From: Candidatus Methanoxibalbensis ujae
GTDB lineage: Archaea > Halobacteriota > Syntropharchaeia > Alkanophagales > Methanospirareceae
Direction: 5' to 3'
Length of the DNA stretch: 34,546 bases
Assembly: GCA_026134085.1 (NCBI GenBank)
Contig: JAOQIN010000017.1
Location: 1-34,546, forward strand
Shown here: positions 28,267 through 34,546 of the stretch, piece after piece
How positions within the stretch are numbered: position 1 is the stretch's first letter
Layout: the number at the start of each line of letters is the position of its first letter
Notes under the pieces: model-generated
What the model saw: the letters and a program-made list of their open reading frames with translations, nothing else
Database searches by the model: none
Told to the model about the DNA's origin: nothing
Made by a program: the position numbers and the translations under genes

Positions 28267-28650
28267 TCATGTGAGGCTCAATGCGCTCGTTGGGCATGCT
28301 TTCACGCAGACATCGCAGCGAACGCATTTCTCTTCATCCACCTGAATTCTCCATTCTCTGTCAAATCTGAAAACGCCCTTGGGACACACAGATATACATG
28401 CACCACAATGAACACAGCGCTCATCTTTCAATGTCAGCGTCCTTTTTATCCTGCGGACAACCACGCCCCGCTTCCTGAACTGCTCTATCACATGCTCGGC
28501 CTTCTCATCAGGCACATCTATGATGAGCTCCCCGCGAACCGCATCCACATTCGCCCTGTCTATGTTTATTTTTGCACCTGTCTCAAGAATGACCTCTGCG
28601 GTGTATGGCATGCCATGCACATGCGATGGGAAACACACGAGAAGCTTCAT
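28267..28650 (-). CDS. NIL-domain 2x[4Fe-4S] ferredoxin (similar to the iron-sulfur subunit of L-aspartate semialdehyde sulfurtransferase)
   Basis: N-terminal NIL-like domain (ILETGAKINIDRA..GELIIDV); CVHCGACISVCP and CVRCDVCVKACP. Confidence 0.85.
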   Translation of the reverse strand: MKLLVCFPSHVHGMPYTAEVILETGAKINIDRANVDAVRGELIIDVPDEKAEHVIEQFRKRGVVVRRIKRTLTLKDERCVHCGACISVCPKGVFRFDREWRIQVDEEKCVRCDVCVKACPTSALSLT

Positions 28651-28651
28651 A

Positions 28652-29209
28652 TCACATCTCCCTCCGCCGTTCATTCTTTTTCTCCTTTTTCACTGGAAAA
28701 CCATGCTTGCGAAGGAATTCCACGAGACCCTCTTTCAGTATATCTCGCAGGAAATCGGGCAGTTCTGTTTTGAATTCATATTCCTCATTCTTACTGATGT
28801 TCATGATTTTCGGAGTGACGAAATCAATGTTCAGACGATCTCCCTCGTCTATCCTGTCAACCACACTTTTGGACACTTCTACAAGAGGCAGCCCTATGTT
28901 TATAGAGTTTCTGAAGAATATCCTCGCGAAAGAAGGTGCAATTATGCATGCAATTCCACATTCCTTCAACACGGCAGGCGCCTGCTCCCTTGAAGATCCG
29001 CAGCCGAAGTTCTCATATGCCACGATTATAGGGTTCTCACAGCGACGGGCAGCCTCATAAAAACCCTCACACACTGATTCAAATGTGTGGACTGCGAGCT
29101 TCTTCATATCCAGTTCGTCGTATTTATATTTGCCCGAGATGATCTCATCTGTGTTTGTGTTCGCCGGAAATTTCTTCAGCACTGTTCCTTCCACCCTCTC
29201 AACACCCAT
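28652..29209 (-). CDS. Second LeuD/HacB-family aconitase small subunit
   Basis: [43 protein letters not shown]. Start placed at 29209 (SD AGGTGA); the ORF track extends to 29311. Confidence 0.85.
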   Translation of the reverse strand: MGVERVEGTVLKKFPANTNTDEIISGKYKYDELDMKKLAVHTFESVCEGFYEAARRCENPIIVAYENFGCGSSREQAPAVLKECGIACIIAPSFARIFFRNSINIGLPLVEVSKSVVDRIDEGDRLNIDFVTPKIMNISKNEEYEFKTELPDFLRDILKEGLVEFLRKHGFPVKKEKKNERRREM

Positions 29210-29321
29210 TTTATCATTATCACCTTCGCAGCTCCCTTCGCAGCTCAACACCTTTCTTTTTATCTCCTCTGCCGCTGCCGCAAACGCTCGCATGCCGTTA
29301 TGAGAGGTCATAGGAGGCGGA

Positions 29322-30161
29322 TTATAACCTCACGGGGATATTGTGCTCCTTCAGGTGAAGTTTGACATCTCTGACAGTGTATTCTCTGTAATGGAATATT
29401 GAAGCGGCGAGTGCTGCTGAGGCATCTGTGCGCTCAAAAACCTCTATCATGTGAGCTGGCGAGCCGCAGCCGCCTGATGCGATTACAGGTATTCTGACGC
29501 TCTCACAAACAGCTCTTGTCAGCTCAATATCATAACCGTCTTTTGTGCCGTCTCTGTCCATGCTTGTGAGCAGTATTTCACCGGCGCCACGCGCCTCCAC
29601 CTCCATCGCCCACTTTACTGCATCTGTTCCGGTGAATTCTCTCCCTCCATATATTGAGCATTCAAACCAGCATTTTCCCTCAGCAGTGTCAACGATAAAT
29701 TTTCCCTCCTCCTCAGCTTTTTTCAACGCGCTCTCCTCCCGCAGGTATCTCCTCTTCGCGTCTATTGCAACAACACATGCCTGAGACCCGAATTCATCCG
29801 CAATCTCGTTCACAACATCAGGTCTCTTTATCGCGGCGGTGTTCACAGACACCTTGTCCGCGCCGACACTGAACACCTTCCTCGCGTCTTCAACGCCACG
29901 AATCCCTCCGCCAACTGTGAGCGGAATGAACACATTCTCAGCGGTCTTTTTTATGACATGCGCCATTGTCTCCCTCCTCTCAGCGGAAGCAGTGATGTCA
30001 AGAAACACTATCTCATCAGCTCCTTGCTCCTCATACTCCGCCGCCAACTCCCACGGCACACCCGCATATCTGATCTGCTTGAACTCCTTCCCCTTGACCA
30101 CACGACCTCCGGGAACCCTCAGGTCACAGTCCAGACACGGTATAATCCGCTTCGTCAACAT
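29322..30161 (-). CDS. hisF: Imidazole glycerol phosphate synthase subunit HisF
   Basis: [77 protein letters not shown]. Confidence 0.97.
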   Translation of the reverse strand: MLTKRIIPCLDCDLRVPGGRVVKGKEFKQIRYAGVPWELAAEYEEQGADEIVFLDITASAERRETMAHVIKKTAENVFIPLTVGGGIRGVEDARKVFSVGADKVSVNTAAIKRPDVVNEIADEFGSQACVVAIDAKRRYLREESALKKAEEEGKFIVDTAEGKCWFECSIYGGREFTGTDAVKWAMEVEARGAGEILLTSMDRDGTKDGYDIELTRAVCESVRIPVIASGGCGSPAHMIEVFERTDASAALAASIFHYREYTVRDVKLHLKEHNIPVRL

Positions 30162-30264
30162 GACCTCCATCACCCTCCTCCTTATTTATACGCCTGCGAG
30201 ATAAAACAAAGCAACAAATGATGAGTTGAAGGACGGAAAAGGAGAAACAGAGAACGAGAAATTC

Positions 30265-31590
30265 TCACAGAAGTTGCACACTGCATGTCCTGCGTGTTCC
30301 GAGCTCTCCGACCATGTTTTCTCTCATCATACGACGGATTTCATCATAGTCTGAGGTCTGAGCGAGCACCCACATCAGTTTCACGAGTGCGGTCTCGGGA
30401 GTCATATCTCCTCCCTCTATCACACCCGCATGAAGCAGGTCCCTGCCCGTGTCATATACACGAAGGCAAACACTGCCGAATATGCACTGCGATGTCATCA
30501 CAACCGGGATTCCGTCCTTTGTCGCACGGCGTATATGAGGTATCCAGTCCGCGGAAACATGACCGAGTCCTGTGCCCTCAATGACTATGCCCCTGTAGCC
30601 CCGCTCAACAAAAAAGTCAAATACTGCGGGATCCTCTCCCGGATAGAACTTTATGAGGGCACAGCGTTCCTCAATATTTTCGTCAAGCGTGAGCGAATCC
30701 TCTTCACGCCTCCTGGCATCCTCCGCGAGCATCACACGCACATCTCGCACATTTTGTGAGTATAACACCTTTCCTATGGGCATTGCGTTCACAGACACGA
30801 ACGCATATCTCGCTGAAGTATGCATTTTTCGCACTTTCGTGCCACGATGAATATAGCAGAAATCATCTGAAGTGCTGCCATGCATCACCACCGCAACTTC
30901 TCCGAGGTCGCTTGTTGCCGCTTTTGTCGCGCAAATCGCGTTCATTGCAGCGTCACTTGACGGTCTGTCAGCGCTTCTTTGAGAGCCCACAAACACAACA
31001 GGAACAGGTGTGCGCAGCATGAAAGACAGTGCTGCTGCTGAATAGCTCATTGTGTCAGTTCCATGCGTGATCACAATTCCATCAGCGCCTCTTCTTATCT
31101 CATCAAACACCTCACAGGCGAGTTTCCGCCAGAGAGCAGGCTTCATGTTCTCGCTCAGAATGCTGAATACGACCCTTCCACGAATCTCCGCAATCTCAGC
31201 AAGCTCTGGAATGGCATCAAGTATATCTGCTGTGGAGAACTGCGGTGAAACTGCACCGGTTCTGTAGTCAACCTTTGACGCGATCGTGCCCCCTGTCGAC
31301 AGGATTGACACAACCGCTTTTCCCTCTTTTATAACCTCACCCGGTTCGCTCTTCTTATAGGATGTCTCCTTTTCCCCTGTTCTCTCATCTCCAGTCTCCG
31401 AAGCCCGCTGCCTGACATCAATATGCACAGTTTCATCAACGCGTATGCCTATGTTGTATCCGCTGTCGAGCTTGAGAACGAGACTGTCAGTTGAGGAAGG
31501 CATCACGATGCCCTCATATGTCACCTCCCCGAGAGGCGTCCTCTTGCGAACTTTCACACGATCTCCTTCCAGCACCTCCATTTCCGACAT
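30265..31590 (-). CDS. gatD: Glu-tRNA(Gln) amidotransferase subunit D
   Basis: [65 protein letters not shown]. Confidence 0.96.
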   Translation of the reverse strand: MSEMEVLEGDRVKVRKRTPLGEVTYEGIVMPSSTDSLVLKLDSGYNIGIRVDETVHIDVRQRASETGDERTGEKETSYKKSEPGEVIKEGKAVVSILSTGGTIASKVDYRTGAVSPQFSTADILDAIPELAEIAEIRGRVVFSILSENMKPALWRKLACEVFDEIRRGADGIVITHGTDTMSYSAAALSFMLRTPVPVVFVGSQRSADRPSSDAAMNAICATKAATSDLGEVAVVMHGSTSDDFCYIHRGTKVRKMHTSARYAFVSVNAMPIGKVLYSQNVRDVRVMLAEDARRREEDSLTLDENIEERCALIKFYPGEDPAVFDFFVERGYRGIVIEGTGLGHVSADWIPHIRRATKDGIPVVMTSQCIFGSVCLRVYDTGRDLLHAGVIEGGDMTPETALVKLMWVLAQTSDYDEIRRMMRENMVGELGTRRTCSVQLL

Positions 31591-31622
31591 CCATCATGCC
31601 CTCCCACAATCACACTCAGGCA

Positions 31623-32894
31623 TCAGGAAGTTCCGAGTTCCCATGATGAGAGATATTTCTGCTGCTCTTCTGTAAGTGTTTCAATTTCAATGTTCATAGT
31701 GCGCAGTTTCAAAAGTGCGACCTCCTCATCTATCTCACGAGGCACGGGATAGACACGATTCTCAAGTTTATCGTGATTTTCAACGATATATTTCACGCAT
31801 AATGCCTGATTTGAGAAGCTCATATCCATCACCTCAGGCGGATGTCCGTATGCAGCTGCGAGATTTACAACACGACCTTCAGTCAGAAGATAAAGTTTGC
31901 GACCATTTTCAAGTGTGAAAGCCTCAACATATTCGCTTATCCTCTCACGATTTACAGAAATTTCCTCAAGACCTCTCACATCAATTTCAACATTGAAATG
32001 TCCTGCGTTTGCGAGTATGGCACCGTCTTTCATGCGGGTGAAGTGCTCCTTTCTGATCACTGAGATGTCGCCTGTTGCTGTGATGAATATGTCGCCTGTT
32101 TCAGCAGCATTTTCCATGGGCATGACACGATATCCGTCCATAACCGCCTCAAGCGCCTTCCTCGGATTCACCTCAACGACTGTCACATTTGCACCGAGTC
32201 CACGTGCTCGCATCGCAATTCCGCGACCGCACCAGCCGTATCCGGCAACCACGACATTTTTACCCGCGAAAAGGATGTTTGTTGCGTTCATGATGCCGTG
32301 TATTGTGGATTGACCTGTGCCGTAGCGATTATCAAACATCATTTTTGTGTCTGCATCGTTCACAGCTATCACAGGGAATCCAAGCGCATTCTCACGAGCA
32401 CGAGCATTGTGCCTTATCACACCTGTGGTTGTCTCCTCGCAGGCACCCTTGACATCCTCTATCATATCAGCGTACTTCGTGTGTATCCTCGTGATCGTGT
32501 CTCCGCCATCGTCAAGAATGATGTCGGGTGGCGAATGCACTTCTATCGCCATGTCAAGACACCTATAATATTCGTCTGTGGTCTCCCCTTTGAATGCGAA
32601 TGTGTGTATGCCACTGTCCGCGAGCGCAGCTGCCACATCATCCTGCGTTGAAAGCGGATTTGCAGCAGCCACTGAGACATCCGCACCACATTCAGAGAGC
32701 GTGAGAAGCAGGTTAGCGGTTTCCGTGGTCACATGAAGACATGCCGTTATCTTCACGCCGTCAAGAGGGGTCTCCCTGGCAAACTGCTCTCTTATCATGC
32801 CCAATACAGGCATTCTCCTACCAGCGAACTCAATCCTCCGCTTTCCAGCATGCGCAAGGCTCATGTCCCTGACGACATTTTCCATCTCAACCAT
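31623..32894 (-). CDS. ahcY: S-adenosylhomocysteine hydrolase
   Basis: CLHVTTETA, NPLSTQD, EETTTG, KMMFDNRYGTGQS, GYGWCGRG, NAGHF, GRVVNL..GHP.EVMDMSF. Confidence 0.97.
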   Translation of the reverse strand: MVEMENVVRDMSLAHAGKRRIEFAGRRMPVLGMIREQFARETPLDGVKITACLHVTTETANLLLTLSECGADVSVAAANPLSTQDDVAAALADSGIHTFAFKGETTDEYYRCLDMAIEVHSPPDIILDDGGDTITRIHTKYADMIEDVKGACEETTTGVIRHNARARENALGFPVIAVNDADTKMMFDNRYGTGQSTIHGIMNATNILFAGKNVVVAGYGWCGRGIAMRARGLGANVTVVEVNPRKALEAVMDGYRVMPMENAAETGDIFITATGDISVIRKEHFTRMKDGAILANAGHFNVEIDVRGLEEISVNRERISEYVEAFTLENGRKLYLLTEGRVVNLAAAYGHPPEVMDMSFSNQALCVKYIVENHDKLENRVYPVPREIDEEVALLKLRTMNIEIETLTEEQQKYLSSWELGTS

Positions 32895-32956
32895 CTCCTC
32901 CCTTCCTCAACTTTCCTTAACTTTTTATTTTGAAATCATCAAATGAAGGTTGTGGA

Positions 32957-33307
32957 ATGATAGTGAAAAAAATTTTGGAGGAGGAAATACTCACATTCGC
33001 AGAGGTGAAGGAGATTCTGGAGGAACTGAAGCAGAAAGCAATCGCCTCAGGAAAGGAGATGAGATATGAAAAGAGAAAGGTGCTGTCACATGTTTCAAAA
33101 TTTGCCAAGACAGATGCGGCTAAATCGAGGGAGCTTGTGAATGAGTTGATGAAATTGGGGAAAATGAACAGGGAGATAGCGGTGAGAATTGCTGATTTGA
33201 TGCCCAAAACTGAGGTTGAGGTTCGCGCAATATATGCAAAAGAGCGTTTCACACTCACAAAAGAGGATATTGAGCGCATATTGGACTGTGTTGCGAGATA
33301 TGGGTGA
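32957..33307 (+). CDS. rpo4: DNA-directed RNA polymerase subunit F (Rpo4)
   Basis: MIVKKILEEEILTFAEVKEIL, YEKRK.L.H..KF, IAVRIADLMP...EVRAIYAKER; adjacent to DUF655 as usual. Confidence 0.93.
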   Translation: MIVKKILEEEILTFAEVKEILEELKQKAIASGKEMRYEKRKVLSHVSKFAKTDAAKSRELVNELMKLGKMNREIAVRIADLMPKTEVEVRAIYAKERFTLTKEDIERILDCVARYG

Positions 33308-33389
33308 TTTGACGGGCTTCGGGCTGAGTGATTTGACGGGCTGAGTTACTTAATGTCAGTGTTAGTGGAGAGGGGAGGGGTAAATTTAA

Positions 33390-34013
33390 ATGGAAATGAG
33401 GAGACACGAGCAGGAGAAGCTGGAGAGGCTTCTGAGGGTTGTTGAGCGGAAGAGTGCGGAGAGGAAGGAGAAATATGCGAGAGTCCTTGATATATTGCCG
33501 TATGGACATCCTGATGACCCAAGACCTGTTTTTCAGAGGAAACCCATCATTCAGGCTATCGGTGAGGAGAATTTCGTGCTCATGGAGCTCACACCGAAGA
33601 AGAACAAGATGCCGAGCGTGGGAGAGCGTGTTTACATAGGAGAGGGACGACGTGATGTCATAGATCATGTGAACAAGCGTCTGAAGTATGAGGAGCTCAC
33701 AGCTACTGCGAAGATATCGCTTCCTCAGGTGCTTGAGGAAATCGTGAGAGCTCGTGAAAAGGAGTTCATTCGCATATTCAACGAGGCAAAGCCCATAACT
33801 CCGAGACTGCACACGCTTGACCTGCTGCCGGGCATAGGCAAGAAACTTATGTGGGCCATCCTTGAGGAGCGGAAGAATGGGGAGTTCAAGAGCTTTGAAG
33901 ATCTCTCAAAACGCGTGAGAGGACTGCACCACCCTGAAAAAATAATAGCAAAGCGTATTGAGGAGGAAATAAAAGAGGAACATCCAAAATACAGACTTTT
34001 CCTTCGCCGTTAA
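33390..34013 (+). CDS. DUF655 family putative RNA-binding protein
   Basis: VLDILPYGHP, QAIGEENFVLMEL, RVYIGEGRRD, FN.A.PITPRLHTLDLLPGIGKK, FKSFEDL. Confidence 0.92.
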   Translation: MEMRRHEQEKLERLLRVVERKSAERKEKYARVLDILPYGHPDDPRPVFQRKPIIQAIGEENFVLMELTPKKNKMPSVGERVYIGEGRRDVIDHVNKRLKYEELTATAKISLPQVLEEIVRAREKEFIRIFNEAKPITPRLHTLDLLPGIGKKLMWAILEERKNGEFKSFEDLSKRVRGLHHPEKIIAKRIEEEIKEEHPKYRLFLRR

Positions 34014-34039
34014 TTCGCATCTCCAGCTGTTTAGTCATT

Positions 34040-34240
34040 CTCATTGAATCCTGTCACGCAGAGAAAAAAGAGAGGAAAGGGCAACGCAGAGAAAAAAGGG
34101 AGGAAAATGGAAGAGAAGGAAAAAAAATGGAAGAAAAGGAAAAAAAATGAGAGAAATGGAAAAAAATGGGAGAAAAAGAGGGGAAAAAGGAAGTATGAAG
34201 GAGGTTAGAGGAATAAAAGGCGGGAAATGAAAGAGGGGAG
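34040..34240. repeat. About 200-bp polypurine (A/G) low-complexity intergenic tract
   Basis: Almost entirely A/G on the plus strand, with recurring GGAAAAAAATG-like units. Confidence 0.85.
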
Positions 34241-34244
34241 ATAT

Positions 34245-34546
34245 ATGAAGAAGAGAAGAGCCATTCGTATAGGAGTATATGTGTGTCATTGTGGACTCAA
34301 TATAGCGGCAGTTGTTGATGTAGAGGAGGTTGTCAGATATGCATCTTCGCTTGAAAATGTAGTTGTTGCTCGTGAATACAGATACATGTGCTCGGATCCC
34401 GGTCAGGAGCTTATAATGAATGACATTCGTGAGTTTGATCTCAATGGTGTTGTCGTGGCTTCATGCTCACCGAGGATTCATGAGCAAACTTTCAGGGCGT
34501 GCTGCATGCGTGCAGGACTGAACCCTTTTCTGTTTGAGCATGCTAA
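34245..34546 (+). CDS. hdrA: Heterodisulfide reductase subunit A, N-terminus (partial; not in ORF track)
   Basis: Hand translation: [29 protein letters not shown]...[54 protein letters not shown]. Confidence 0.93.
   Translation, partial: MKKRRAIRIGVYVCHCGLNIAAVVDVEEVVRYASSLENVVVAREYRYMCSDPGQELIMNDIREFDLNGVVVASCSPRIHEQTFRACCMRAGLNPFLFEHA

Noticed and set aside
29660..29760. Insertion in HisF ([10 protein letters not shown]...KCWFEC)
   Set aside because: A loop at this position ending in a CWFE-like motif is familiar from methanogen HisF, so it is not unusual.
34041..34289. 82-aa Phe-rich minus-strand ORF
   Set aside because: Artefact of the polypurine tract; it also overlaps hdrA antisense.

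Overview
Archaeal chromosomal segment, most consistent with a methanogen-related euryarchaeote such as ANME-1/Methanophagales or Syntropharchaeia (inferred from cofE, hdrA, carS, gatD, archaeal thrS, rpo4-DUF655 and PGF-CTERM/NosD surface proteins). It is mostly housekeeping genes plus several AT-rich cell-surface protein genes. Main points of interest: (1) a full-length MutS1-type protein with an in-frame C-terminal PD-(D/E)XK-like nuclease domain and no mutL in the window; (2) a very high density of short perfect tandem duplications, in-frame in genes and of any length between genes; (3) a single-chain RelB-RelE-like fusion with a degenerate toxin site; (4) a TnpB-like IS200/IS605 pseudogene at the left edge, not in the ORF track, plus a solo IS right-end/omegaRNA-like remnant overlapping the mutS stop codon; (5) traces of shuffling and deletion among surface protein genes. 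All family calls come from motifs recognised by eye, with no database searches run.
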